Origin: an uncultured Methanosarcinales archaeon
GTDB lineage: Archaea; Nanobdellota; Nanobdellia; Woesearchaeales; CAIVOO01
Reading direction: 5' to 3'
Assembly: GCA_964485195.1 (NCBI GenBank)
Contig: CAZAIK010000001.1
Span: 1 to 64,000, forward strand
Length of the DNA stretch: 64,000 nucleotides
Below are positions 30,143 through 39,803 of the stretch, one piece after another (position 1 is the first letter of the stretch; every line of letters starts with the position of its first letter). Below the pieces are notes generated by a model. It worked only from the letters and a program-made list of their open reading frames with translations, was not told where the DNA came from and searched no databases. The position numbers and the translations under genes were made by a program.

Positions 30143-30535
30143 ATGGTAATACTTTTTGACCAGTTTCACCTGCCTGAGAACGTCTTTGACATAATCTTCG
30201 CCACAGAACAGCAGGCAGTAGTTGCCAAGCTCCTTGTAGATGAAATGAAGCAAAACGGAGGGGTTATGGGCAAGACTGAGATGAGTGTTTTTGCAAACAC
30301 CCTTCACGAAGGAACAGAGGTTGATGTTGAAAAGGGCGAAGGCATAACCAAGAGAAGGGTAAAGGAAAAGATTTCCTACAACAAAAGGCAGTTTTATGAC
30401 AGGATTTTAACGCCTATGAAAGGAATGGGAATGATAGACTATGACTTGTACAAAAAGCAATATTTCCTTTCAGACAGGTTCCAAAAAGTTCTTGTCAAGA
30501 TAGGCCTGAGGTGGAACAAGGAACTGCAAAAATAA
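30143..30535 (+). CDS. hypothetical protein (possible winged helix)
   Basis: 130-aa ORF with TATA ~27 nt upstream. Confidence 0.75.
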   Translation: MVILFDQFHLPENVFDIIFATEQQAVVAKLLVDEMKQNGGVMGKTEMSVFANTLHEGTEVDVEKGEGITKRRVKEKISYNKRQFYDRILTPMKGMGMIDYDLYKKQYFLSDRFQKVLVKIGLRWNKELQK

Positions 30536-30538
30536 AAA

Positions 30539-30697
30539 TTACTCGCAGGTTGCTGCCTTTTGAGCCAGCTCTTCAAGCTTTTTTCTCAGGACTTCAACAG
30601 CTTCATCTGCAATCCCATATTCTTCCTTGAACACCGCCAGCCAGTTTATTGTGTTCCTTATCTCGTTTTCAAGCTCAACTGATTTCTCTGACATCAT
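30539..30697 (-). CDS. small hypothetical protein (52 aa)
   Basis: Strong GGAGGTG SD before ATG 30697. Confidence 0.65.
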   Translation of the reverse strand: MMSEKSVELENEIRNTINWLAVFKEEYGIADEAVEVLRKKLEELAQKAATCE

Positions 30698-30805
30698 AAC
30701 ACCTCCTGAAATAATAGATTTGTCTTTGTTTTTAAAATTAATGTTAACCACTGTTGAGTGTTAAAGATAAGAAAAATTTAAATACTGCAACATAACAGAA
30801 GTTAT

Positions 30806-31477
30806 ATGAACAGGAGAGAAGCCCTAAAATCTTTAGGAGCCTGTGTTACAGGAACGGCAACCGGCTTGCCAAGGGTAGTCCTGGGTGAAGAATGCCCAAC
30901 ACTTGAAGGTATGCAGCTTCTTATATCAGATGTTATTAAAAGCCTTACAAGAGAAGACGAAGGGAACAAAGGATATGATTTACATGAAAGATGTCCGTTT
31001 GAGGTAAAAGAAGTATATTCTCCAACTGAAGTAGAGATCCGATATGAAACCTTTGATAAGTATTTTAGGGAGTTTGATTTTGGAGAAAAAGGCTGGATTA
31101 AAATAAAATATTTTTTTTGGACAAATGAAGAATGCAAAAAACTTTACCCCACCCTTAAAATTGAAAGAGCTGATAAAAATTTGTCAGGAGAAAAACCGAA
31201 ATATTTTGGATGGTGCATATTTGATCACAATAGTAATGGACTTAAAAAAGGTGAAGTTGATAGCATGGAAAATCTTGAATGCGAAGACGTACAGAAATGT
31301 ATTGATACAAAATTGCCACTTGAAAAAAGCTTACATGGTTACACACAAGCAAAAATCGAAGGGTTAAATAAGGATTATATGAAAACACTTGAAGAAGTTT
31401 TTATGCTTATGCAAACAAGCGGCAGGGGGAAAGAGAAGATTAAAGCTGGAAAAATTAATTGTAAAGAAACAAGCTGA
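30806..31477 (+). CDS. hypothetical protein with twin-arginine-like signal
   Basis: MNRREALKSLGACVTG; AT-rich gene. Confidence 0.65.
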   Translation: MNRREALKSLGACVTGTATGLPRVVLGEECPTLEGMQLLISDVIKSLTREDEGNKGYDLHERCPFEVKEVYSPTEVEIRYETFDKYFREFDFGEKGWIKIKYFFWTNEECKKLYPTLKIERADKNLSGEKPKYFGWCIFDHNSNGLKKGEVDSMENLECEDVQKCIDTKLPLEKSLHGYTQAKIEGLNKDYMKTLEEVFMLMQTSGRGKEKIKAGKINCKETS

Positions 31478-31480
31478 TAA

Positions 31481-33244
31481 TCACTCCAAAACAGCCTTGA
31501 TCCTCCTCACGCCTGCAGCAATGCTTTCCTCCTTCTTTATCCTGAAGTGTCCCAGCTCAGCAGTGTTCTTGACGTGGGGCCCTCCGCAGATTTCAAAGGA
31601 AAAGTCCCCTATTTTGTAGGTGGAAACCTTTTCCCCGTATTTCTCGCCGAACATTGCCTGCGCCCCTTTTGCCTTTGCCTCCTCCACAGTCATTTCCTCC
31701 CGGACAACAGGCAGGCCCTCCTCTATCTTCTCATTGACAAGCTCCTCAACCTTTTTCAGCTCTTCCGGAGTCAGTTTCCTGTCAAAATTAAAGTCAAACC
31801 TCAGTCTTTCAGTGGTTATGTTGGAGCCCTTCTGCACAATGTCTCCGGAAACCACCTTTCTTAATGCCTCATTAAGAAGATGTGTTGCTGTGTGCAGTTT
31901 TACAGTCATTTCAGAGGCGTCGCTCAGTCCTCCCTTGAACCTTTTTTCAGCTCCCTCCCTGGAAAGCTGCCTGTGCCTTTCATATTCTTTCTCAAAACTT
32001 TCCCTGTCAACCTTTATGCCTTTTTCCTCGCACAGTTCCTTTGTCATTTCAAACGGAAAGCCGTAACTCTGGAACAATAAAAAAGCGTCCTCTCCTGACA
32101 GCTCCTTTTTTCCCTTGCTTATCTTCTCAAATTCCTTTAGCCCTTTGGTCAGCGCATTCCTGAACTTCATGTCCTCCTTTTCTATCTCGCTAAGGATGAA
32201 ATGCTTGTTCCTTCCAAGCTCATCATACTGCTTCCTGTAGATGTCTATGACTATTTCGGCGAGCTGTGTCAAAAACTCACAATCAATCCCCAGGGAAAGC
32301 CCGTGCCTTATTGATCTTCTTATGAACCTTCTGAGGATGTACCCCTGGTCAACATTTGAGGGGATTATTGCCTTGTCATCCCCGAGGATGAACGTTATGG
32401 ACCTTGCGTGGTCTGTTATTATCCTTATAGACTTCTCCTGTTTCTCATCAGGATTAATTATTTTGGCAAGTTCTTTAATCTTATTTACAATGGGAACAAA
32501 GCTTTCAATTTCATAAACTGTTTTCTTGCCATTCATCATGGCAACTGTCCTCTCAACACCCATTCCCGTATCAACATTCTGCTGCTTCAGCTTTTCAAAA
32601 GTGCCGTCCTTTTTCTTGTTGTATTCCATAAAGACATCATTCCAGATCTCAAAATATTTTCCGCAATCGCACCCGGGCATGCATTCAGGAGAGCATTTTT
32701 CCCTTCCCGTGTCTATGAACATCTCTGTGTCCGGACCGCAGGGGCCTGTCTCGCCTGCAGGGCCCCACCAGTTATCCTCCTTGGGCAGGAAAAAAATCCT
32801 TTCCTTTGGAAGTCCGAGGGACATCCATACTTCAGCAGATGTTTCATCCTTGGGAGCGTCATTGTCGCCTGCAAAGCAGGTAATGTACAAATTGTCAGGA
32901 TTAAAACCCAAAACTTTTGTCAGGAATTCATAACTCCATTCTATAGCATCCTTTTTGAAATAATCACCCAGGGACCAGTTTCCAAGCATTTCAAAAAAAG
33001 TGAGGTGGGTGTCATCACCTACATTGTCAATGTCCACTGTTCTTATGCATTTCTGCACATTGGCCAGCCTTTTTCCAAGAGGATGAGGCTCCCCAAGCAG
33101 GTAAGGCACCAGGGGGTGCATGCCTGCTGTGGTGAAAAGAACTGTGGGATCGTGTTCGGGAATAAGTGAAGCAGATTCTATGATTGAGTGCTCTTTTTCC
33201 CTGAAAAACTCAAGATAGGCCTTTCTCAGTTCTTCTGAATTCAT
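31481..33244 (-). CDS. alaS: alanine--tRNA ligase (short form, no C-Ala domain)
   Basis: LFTTAGM, HLTFFEMLGNWS, DTGMGVER, HTATH, CGGPH. Confidence 0.97.
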   Translation of the reverse strand: MNSEELRKAYLEFFREKEHSIIESASLIPEHDPTVLFTTAGMHPLVPYLLGEPHPLGKRLANVQKCIRTVDIDNVGDDTHLTFFEMLGNWSLGDYFKKDAIEWSYEFLTKVLGFNPDNLYITCFAGDNDAPKDETSAEVWMSLGLPKERIFFLPKEDNWWGPAGETGPCGPDTEMFIDTGREKCSPECMPGCDCGKYFEIWNDVFMEYNKKKDGTFEKLKQQNVDTGMGVERTVAMMNGKKTVYEIESFVPIVNKIKELAKIINPDEKQEKSIRIITDHARSITFILGDDKAIIPSNVDQGYILRRFIRRSIRHGLSLGIDCEFLTQLAEIVIDIYRKQYDELGRNKHFILSEIEKEDMKFRNALTKGLKEFEKISKGKKELSGEDAFLLFQSYGFPFEMTKELCEEKGIKVDRESFEKEYERHRQLSREGAEKRFKGGLSDASEMTVKLHTATHLLNEALRKVVSGDIVQKGSNITTERLRFDFNFDRKLTPEELKKVEELVNEKIEEGLPVVREEMTVEEAKAKGAQAMFGEKYGEKVSTYKIGDFSFEICGGPHVKNTAELGHFRIKKEESIAAGVRRIKAVLE

Positions 33245-33319
33245 GCCAAAACCTTTTACATTAATGTTTTTAAATCTTTCTCAATAAAGTTATAAATGAG
33301 CTGCATAAGAAATTCTGAG

Positions 33320-33985
33320 ATGAGAAAGGAAATTGTCATAGCAGACCTTGACGGATGCCTCTGGGATTCAAAGCCGAGAAGGGATGAATTTTTCTTTCAT
33401 ATCTGCGGAAAATACGGCAAGCCCTGTCCTGGTAAAAAAGCTTCTGAGATGAGCGACGGGATTCCAAGAAAGATGGAAGAGGAATACAACAATCTTGGTT
33501 TCAATTGGGAAGCTGACAGCAAAATGATTTGGGGAGATTTCATCGAGTTCTTTAACAGGTTCCCTCCTGACTTATTTGGGGATGTTTTCAATGCCCTTTA
33601 CAGCCTGAAAAGGGATGGTGTTAAAAGCGCGCTGGTCACGAAAAACAGCTCAGAAGTTGTTTATCCCCTTATAGAGAGAGCTGGCATTGAGGATTTATTT
33701 CTTGCTGTCAAGACAAGGGAGGACGGGCCTAGGGGTTGCAGCAAGTCCCTGCTTTTCAGCCAGTGCCTTGAAAAGCTGAAGATCCATCCTTCAAGAGCAA
33801 TAAGTATGGGGGACCACATTTATGACATCTCTGCTGCTGAAGAAGCGGGAATCCTTCCTGTTGCAGTTGGCTACGGAGGTTTTGTAAGGCCCGAGCTTTT
33901 GCTTGAAAAAATCCCTGAGAGACAGTTTGCAGCAAATCCGGAAGAGGTTTACAGGGTAATAAGGCAGAATCTCAACAATAGCTGA
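33320..33985 (+). CDS. HAD-superfamily hydrolase
   Basis: DLDGCLWDS, GDHIYDI. Confidence 0.9.
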   Translation: MRKEIVIADLDGCLWDSKPRRDEFFFHICGKYGKPCPGKKASEMSDGIPRKMEEEYNNLGFNWEADSKMIWGDFIEFFNRFPPDLFGDVFNALYSLKRDGVKSALVTKNSSEVVYPLIERAGIEDLFLAVKTREDGPRGCSKSLLFSQCLEKLKIHPSRAISMGDHIYDISAAEEAGILPVAVGYGGFVRPELLLEKIPERQFAANPEEVYRVIRQNLNNS

Positions 33986-35201
33986 GCAGTTTTTTCTGGG
34001 ATCTCATCTCCTTCAGCAAAAAGCTTTCCCTGAACAGTTTGTCGGCATCGTAGCCCCATTTTTTCTTTGCCAAAGCTTTTGCATATTTAATCATTGTCTC
34101 CTTGTCATTGAATCTTATTGGCTTGTTGTTGAGGGCTTTTCTTGCCGCCTCCCTGGTAACCCACACTCCCAAAGGAACAGCGTAATCATCTGTTATGAAT
34201 CTCAGGACAAGCACTGCTGCCTGCCTTTTTTTCTCCCTCAGTTTTTCAGCCACTGCCAGCCTCACTGTGTAATATCCGCCGGCGCAGTTTTCGGCGTAAT
34301 GCTTCCTGCCGTCATATCTTTCATAATCAGTTGTGTAATTCACTTTGTTGTCAATGTTCCAGGCTGTTTTTGGCATATATGCCTCAAAAAGCTCATAGCT
34401 CCATACATCAGGAAAGAACATAATAATGTAATAATTTCCGAGATAATTTCCAAAATAAAATTCATAGTCAGATTCCCTGCAGTCCTTTATTTCCTTAATT
34501 AATTGTTTTCCCAGGGTATCATCTGTTGCTGTTATCGCCCATCTGGTGGGAACCAGCTTTCTTTGGGGCTTCACCCCGATAGTTCCAACACTAAGTATTC
34601 GTGAAAGAAAGTTCTCGTCAAATCCTTTCCTGAAAAGGTATTTCATCGCCTCTCCTGCTTTCAGGTCTTTTTCACTGTAAACCCTGTTCACTTTTGTATG
34701 GATTCTTGGGTTTTCCTTTAACTGCGCCTTGACCAGGCTGGCATTGGGGCCCATGGGAGGAGTATTGGAATGGAAGGACAGTCTTAGCTTGGGCCGCTCT
34801 TTCAGCTGTATGTCTGTCTCCACAGGTTTTGAGGAAAGAGCTATTTCCCTGCTTGTTTCCAGATGCCGGCTGCTTTGCTTCACATCGCTCTTGAACCTTG
34901 AATTCAGAAGAGTGGACCTCAAGTCAATTATTCTTGGTATTTCAAAATTGTTTAATGCCCATCCCCTGGGGTCATCATAAATTCCGGCATTATCAGATTC
35001 TGTGGAAAGAATCCCCACATTAATATCAGGGTATCCTATCCTGCCAACAAAAACGCTCGGCGAGGAGCCCGACATTGAATTTTTTGACTCAAAGCCTTTC
35101 ACTGTCCTGGCAAGGTTCTGGTGCTTTCTCAGGATCGGGCAGAATCCGGAGCCGCACCATAGCCTGCCCTTGCACTTGATACAGTTTCGCCTTATATTCA
35201 T
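33972..35201 (-). CDS. nreA: Nre-family DNA repair protein
   Basis: CIKCKGRLWCG...CP, RKLVPTRWAITATD, GGYY, PLGVW; C-terminal PIP box QKKLLSY. Confidence 0.92.
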   Translation of the reverse strand: MNIRRNCIKCKGRLWCGSGFCPILRKHQNLARTVKGFESKNSMSGSSPSVFVGRIGYPDINVGILSTESDNAGIYDDPRGWALNNFEIPRIIDLRSTLLNSRFKSDVKQSSRHLETSREIALSSKPVETDIQLKERPKLRLSFHSNTPPMGPNASLVKAQLKENPRIHTKVNRVYSEKDLKAGEAMKYLFRKGFDENFLSRILSVGTIGVKPQRKLVPTRWAITATDDTLGKQLIKEIKDCRESDYEFYFGNYLGNYYIIMFFPDVWSYELFEAYMPKTAWNIDNKVNYTTDYERYDGRKHYAENCAGGYYTVRLAVAEKLREKKRQAAVLVLRFITDDYAVPLGVWVTREAARKALNNKPIRFNDKETMIKYAKALAKKKWGYDADKLFRESFLLKEMRSQKKLLSYC

Positions 35202-35257
35202 CAAAATTATCAGGACAACAAGAATTATAAAGATTAGCATATACTGGCTAGTGCAAA

Positions 35258-35509
35258 GTGGCAAAATACTGGTTCAGGAAAAGGAGAGGATTGCTGACAA
35301 AAGACCTTGGATGGTGCTGGATTCCGATAAGCTGGGAAGGCTGGTTTGTGATGCTTTTCTTCCTTGCCATAATAATACTTTCTGCCCTTGTACTGGTGGT
35401 TTTCAATGGAACACCCAGTTACACAGCGGTAGCTGCTTTCGTAATAATCCTTGCTGCTTCGCTGGGATGCGGAGCCTTGATTTCCTGGAAAAAATCAAAA
35501 CCGGCGTAA
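35258..35509 (+). CDS. small membrane protein
   Basis: WFRK...GWCWIPISWEGW plus two hydrophobic helices. Confidence 0.75.
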   Translation: MAKYWFRKRRGLLTKDLGWCWIPISWEGWFVMLFFLAIIILSALVLVVFNGTPSYTAVAAFVIILAASLGCGALISWKKSKPA

Positions 35510-35540
35510 AGTTATTAAACTTATCAGGGAATGTTTCTTT

Positions 35541-35798
35541 ATGGAACTGGAAATTAAGCCCTGCAGGACAAAGGAGACATATTCAGTAAAGCTGAAAAAG
35601 AAATGCGATATTGACATGTCCAAATTAAAGGAAAATTTCAAGATAAAAGTTGAAACCCCTGTTGCCAGCGTGATTGAAATTGAAGGGGAAGAGATAATTG
35701 TCCACAAATACGGGGAAATAAGGTTTAAAACCCTGAAAGACAAAGAAAAAATAAAAAAAATCTCTGAAAAAATATTCACCCTTTGTAGCACTTCTTGA
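35541..35798 (+). CDS. hypothetical protein
   Basis: 85-aa ORF. Confidence 0.65.
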   Translation: MELEIKPCRTKETYSVKLKKKCDIDMSKLKENFKIKVETPVASVIEIEGEEIIVHKYGEIRFKTLKDKEKIKKISEKIFTLCSTS

Positions 35799-35973
35799 CC
35801 ACAGGGCAGAAGAGCATTGACGCGTTTATCAAAATCCACAATACCAACGCTCCGGCCCACAGGTTAACTATGTCTACTTCCAGAAGCCAAAGGGCGTACC
35901 AGAAAAAGAAGTAGAACGCCACTTCTGAAATTATCCAGAGCCAGACATTCTTGCTTTTTTGTTTCTTGGCCAT
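35776..35973 (-). CDS. small membrane protein
   Basis: Two hydrophobic helices; GAGGTG SD. Confidence 0.7.
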   Translation of the reverse strand: MAKKQKSKNVWLWIISEVAFYFFFWYALWLLEVDIVNLWAGALVLWILINASMLFCPVVKKCYKG

Positions 35974-36064
35974 TAGATCACCTCTTTTTTCGCAGGAACG
36001 ATTTCTGCTGATTTATTCGTATTGGGGTTTAAGTTTTAAAAAGGTTGCCCAATTTTAATGGCTA

Positions 36065-36679
36065 ATGAAAGGAATTTTGCTTTTATCAGGAGGGATTGAC
36101 AGCCCGGTTGCAGGAAAGCTGGCGACAGATAAGGGTGTAGAGATTGTCGCAGTCCATTTCTCTCTTGAACCTTTTACAGGCAGGTCTGCTGAGGAAAAAG
36201 CAATCAAAATTGCCAAAGCCATTGGAATAAGGAACGTCTACGTTGTACAGCACGGCCAGATCCACGCAGACGTCGTAAAAAAAACAAATCACAAATATTA
36301 TTATATAATCACCAGGAGGCTTATGTGGAGGGTTGCTGAAAAAATAGCTGAAAAAGAAAACTGCGATTTTCTCATAACAGGAGAAAACTTAGGCCAGGTC
36401 GGAAGCCAGACACTAGACAACCTCACTGTTATTGACAATGCTGTTAAGATAAAAATACTGAGGCCTCTTTTATGCAACGACAAGAATGAAATTATAAAAC
36501 TTGCCAAAGAGTTCGGCACCTATGACTTGTCAACCGGCCCTGAGATGTGCACAGTTCTCGGACCAAAGCACCCGGCAACCAAATCAACAGAGGAACTGAT
36601 AAAAAAGGAGGAAGAAAAACTGGATTTGCAAAAGCTTTTAAAGCAAAGCCTGGAAAGCATAGAAGTGAGAGAGTTATGA
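36065..36679 (+). CDS. ThiI-like tRNA sulfurtransferase, PP-loop domain only
   Basis: LLSGGIDSPVA, TGENLGQVGSQTL, LRPL; no THUMP domain. Confidence 0.85.
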   Translation: MKGILLLSGGIDSPVAGKLATDKGVEIVAVHFSLEPFTGRSAEEKAIKIAKAIGIRNVYVVQHGQIHADVVKKTNHKYYYIITRRLMWRVAEKIAEKENCDFLITGENLGQVGSQTLDNLTVIDNAVKIKILRPLLCNDKNEIIKLAKEFGTYDLSTGPEMCTVLGPKHPATKSTEELIKKEEEKLDLQKLLKQSLESIEVREL

Positions 36680-37698
36680 TTCCTGAAAAACAGCTCAAGG
36701 AGATAAGAAAAGAATTGGAGGAATGCCAAAACCCCTTCTTTTTCTTTCACGACGATGCTGATGGTTTGTGCTCTTTCCTCCTGCTTTACAAGTTCAAGGG
36801 AGAGGGCAGGGGCAAGATTGTCAAAAACCGGCCCTGCATAGATGAAGATTTCATAGGATTCATACCTGACGATGCTGACAAGATTTTCATCCTGGACATT
36901 GCAATAGTAACGCAGGAATTCATTGACAAGGTAAAGAAGCCCGTGGTATGGATAGACCATCATACTCCCCTGCCAATTTCCGGATGCAAATACTTCAATC
37001 CAAGGAAAAAGAATCCTGAGGAGTACACCCCTGTATCCTCCATCTGCTATGAAGCAGTAGACCAGGACCTTCTGCTGGGAGGGCTGGGCACCATAGGGGA
37101 TCTTGCGACAGGAATAGCCCTTCTTGAAAAATTTTTCAGGGAATATTCCCCGCTTGCAGGAAAATACAGGGATCTTTTCGATGTCAGCTTCAAAACAAGA
37201 ATCGGCGAGCTTCTCAGAATTCTTGAATTTAATCTTAAAGGCAAGAAAGATGAGATAAGAAAATCAATTTCCATCTTCATGAAAACAAAGGATTTCATGA
37301 GATTTTTAAATCCTGAAACTGCAGGGGAGAAATATGTTTACAGGAAGTATGAGAAGGTCAATGAAGAGTATGAAGCCCTGCTGAAAGAAGCTCTGAAGCA
37401 CAAGAAGGAGGATCCTTTTGTGTTTGTGTTTGAAGAATGCAATTTTGTCCTTGGCGCGGACCTGGCAAGGGAAATACCCTACAGGATTCCGGGCAAGCGG
37501 ATGTATGTCATATGCAGGGAGAAGTCAGGCAATATGCTCTGCTCCCTCAGGACAGGCCAGGACATTAATTTGGTTGATTTTCTAAACAATGCCCTTGAAC
37601 AGGTTGAAGGACACGGGGGAGGCCATCCCTTCGCTGTAGGCTGCAGCGTCAAGAAAAGGGATTTTGACAGGTTTCTGGAGCTGGTAAGAGAAGCCTGA
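36676..37698 (+). CDS. DHH-family phosphoesterase
   Basis: DDADG, ILD, IDHH, GGGHPFAVG. Confidence 0.9.
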   Translation: MIPEKQLKEIRKELEECQNPFFFFHDDADGLCSFLLLYKFKGEGRGKIVKNRPCIDEDFIGFIPDDADKIFILDIAIVTQEFIDKVKKPVVWIDHHTPLPISGCKYFNPRKKNPEEYTPVSSICYEAVDQDLLLGGLGTIGDLATGIALLEKFFREYSPLAGKYRDLFDVSFKTRIGELLRILEFNLKGKKDEIRKSISIFMKTKDFMRFLNPETAGEKYVYRKYEKVNEEYEALLKEALKHKKEDPFVFVFEECNFVLGADLAREIPYRIPGKRMYVICREKSGNMLCSLRTGQDINLVDFLNNALEQVEGHGGGHPFAVGCSVKKRDFDRFLELVREA

Positions 37699-37818
37699 AT
37701 TTAAAATCCCATAAGAGAAAAGGCCAAATAGAAGAAATATTTACCATATCACTATCCCTAAGAATAATCGAAAGCAGTTTTTTTGCTTTAATTAGCCCAA
37801 GGAATAATAAGGGCTGAA

Positions 37819-37944
37819 TGCGCCGGCCGGGATTCGAATTTCCGAACGTCCAGCCCTTTTAGACGTTTCCCGGACAGGCGGCTGCCTTCTGAGACATTTC
37901 TGCCTTAATGGAAGGCCGCAGTCATGCCATTAGACCACCGGCGC
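37819..37944 (-). tRNA. tRNA-Gly(TCC) with two introns (canonical 37884-37908; T-arm 53/54 at 37839-37868)
   Basis: GCGCCGG/CCGGCGC acceptor stem; GCGGC-CT-TCC-A[25 nt]A-GCCGC; CCGGG[30 nt]TTCGAAT-CCCGG. Confidence 0.9.
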
Positions 37945-38018
37945 ATGAAATAATGCTTACATAATGTTTTTATAAACTTAACTGAAAGCTTTAAATAATA
38001 TTCAGGTCTGCCAGTTCC

Positions 38019-38501
38019 ATGGACCCCAAAGTTGTAAAAACAGAACTTAAGAAGCTTGTAGAAAAATACCAGCTTCCGGAATTAGAGCTACTGGACAGGG
38101 AACTGGAGCTTGTTGACCTCCTTTCCGAAAGAAGGGAGCTTCCCCAGGATTTGCTGGCAATAGTCAGGAGAAGGTTCACTGAAGTATTGTACAGCTGGAT
38201 CAACCTTTTGCATTCCCTCGTAGTTCCCAATCCGCAGTCCATAATTGTCAACAAGGACTCGGAAGCTTTTTCAGAGAAAGACATTATTTACAGCATTATG
38301 GCAGAGCTGGCCAAAATGACAAGGGAGTCCACCAGATTTGAGGCAAGCCGCGATATCCAGAAAGAGGAAGCCAAGTTCATATCAGAGAATTTCAACAGGT
38401 ACATGGACCTTAAAAAAGAACTTGCCGAGATAAATTCAAAAATTGTGGAGCATTGGCAAAAAGAAGTTAATGCTTCAAGAAAACCTAAGCCTTTTTCTTA
38501 A
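38019..38501 (+). CDS. hypothetical protein
   Basis: 160-aa helical ORF with TATA upstream. Confidence 0.75.
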   Translation: MDPKVVKTELKKLVEKYQLPELELLDRELELVDLLSERRELPQDLLAIVRRRFTEVLYSWINLLHSLVVPNPQSIIVNKDSEAFSEKDIIYSIMAELAKMTRESTRFEASRDIQKEEAKFISENFNRYMDLKKELAEINSKIVEHWQKEVNASRKPKPFS

Positions 38502-39567
38502 TAAATTTGAAGACCGCTTTCAGGTTTTGCTGCTCCAATTGCATCCCTAAAAATTCATTCAACTTTCCCACAGTTCTTGCGCCGAGTTTTTTGAAAACAA
38601 AATCATAAAAAGCATTCCTGCCTGAAAAGATTTTCTGGCCGTCTATGGAAACCTTGTGATAATTTAAAAATTTGTCCATAACCTCTGATTCCATTATTTT
38701 TGTGCTCCCGTGCTTGCCGAAAACATAAGATTCCTTGTTTTTTACCTGTTGCAGGAAGCCCTCCTTGGAGCTTGCATAAGCTGCTGTGTATGTCCTGCCC
38801 GCCCTAAGGCAGTGGGTATCTGTGCCTGCAATCATTCCTTTATTGTACAGAGTGGCAATAATTTCCAAAACCTTGTTGTGGGAAGCGCCCATTATCCCGT
38901 TCCTCACTTCAAAGATATCAAACATTTTGATGCACTCTTTAATCTGCTTCTTGCTAATGGGAAATATCTGGCTCCAGTTATATGCTGATATGTGGTTCAG
39001 GGCAAAAACAATATCATTTTTTTTAAGATACCTCACTAGCCTGCTGGCCTTTTCCCGCCTGGCCTGAATTTCCTCGTGATGCTTCTCGTTTATGCCAAAA
39101 ACCCCTACGTGAATTTCATAATCCCTCTTTCCCAAAAATGCAGAGACTTCCTCCCCTATTATTACTCTTTTGCCCAGTCGCGGATACTTTTTCATAAGCC
39201 AGAGAGCCCCGTCTATGGTATTGTGGTCTGTTATGGGAACAAAGTCCATCCCGGCATTCACAGCGTTATCAAAGAGATGCTTGGGAGAGTAGGGAAGGTG
39301 GGAATACAATTCATAATTTTTGAGATCGGGCATTTTGAAGCTCTTGTAATTAAAAAGTTTTTTACGAATTGAAAATATGAAAACCAAGAAATTAACCAAG
39401 TGCTCCCACCCGTAATATCTGGTGCGCCCTCCGGGAATGTGCTCCTTGGAAAAGGAAGTGTGAAGATGCATATCTGCCTTTTTCAAGGGCTTCCCTGCCT
39501 TCAGCTTTGGCAGTTCCTTTTGCGGAGGGCACACCCTCCTGTACAGCTTTTCTACTTCCTCTTCCAT
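38485..39567 (-). CDS. PHP-domain protein
   Basis: ADMHLHT, ITDHNT, GEEV, GTDTH. Confidence 0.9.
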   Translation of the reverse strand: MEEEVEKLYRRVCPPQKELPKLKAGKPLKKADMHLHTSFSKEHIPGGRTRYYGWEHLVNFLVFIFSIRKKLFNYKSFKMPDLKNYELYSHLPYSPKHLFDNAVNAGMDFVPITDHNTIDGALWLMKKYPRLGKRVIIGEEVSAFLGKRDYEIHVGVFGINEKHHEEIQARREKASRLVRYLKKNDIVFALNHISAYNWSQIFPISKKQIKECIKMFDIFEVRNGIMGASHNKVLEIIATLYNKGMIAGTDTHCLRAGRTYTAAYASSKEGFLQQVKNKESYVFGKHGSTKIMESEVMDKFLNYHKVSIDGQKIFSGRNAFYDFVFKKLGARTVGKLNEFLGMQLEQQNLKAVFKFIKKKA

Positions 39568-39610
39568 GCAACAAGGAGATGGGAGAGGTTTAAAAACTTA
39601 AGTGTTAAAC

Positions 39611-39759
39611 TGTAAAGTCAAGTTAATTGTGCAAAAGCTGGTGCTGCGCTCCGTCCGCTTCCAGAAACCGCTTCTGAACCCGACTTATTTGTAGTTTAAG
39701 TCTTAGTTGGCAACTGCTCCAGGCAGCACCAGCGCCAACACAGCATACCCGACTTTACC
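39611..39759 (-). other. structured intergenic element: MITE-like and/or ncRNA
   Basis: Terminal IR GTAAAGTC/GACTTTAC; inner 11-bp IR GCTGGTGCTGC; 9-bp direct flanks GTGTTAAAC. Confidence 0.7.
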
Positions 39760-39803
39760 GTGTTAAACCAACATTTAAAAACAAAAAAGGTTTCTGTGGT
39801 TTA

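Noticed and set aside
39611..39759. SRP RNA, 5S rRNA or tRNA
   Set aside because: No helix-8 GNRA/AGCAG motif, no 5S consensus and no cloverleaf; retained as an unknown element
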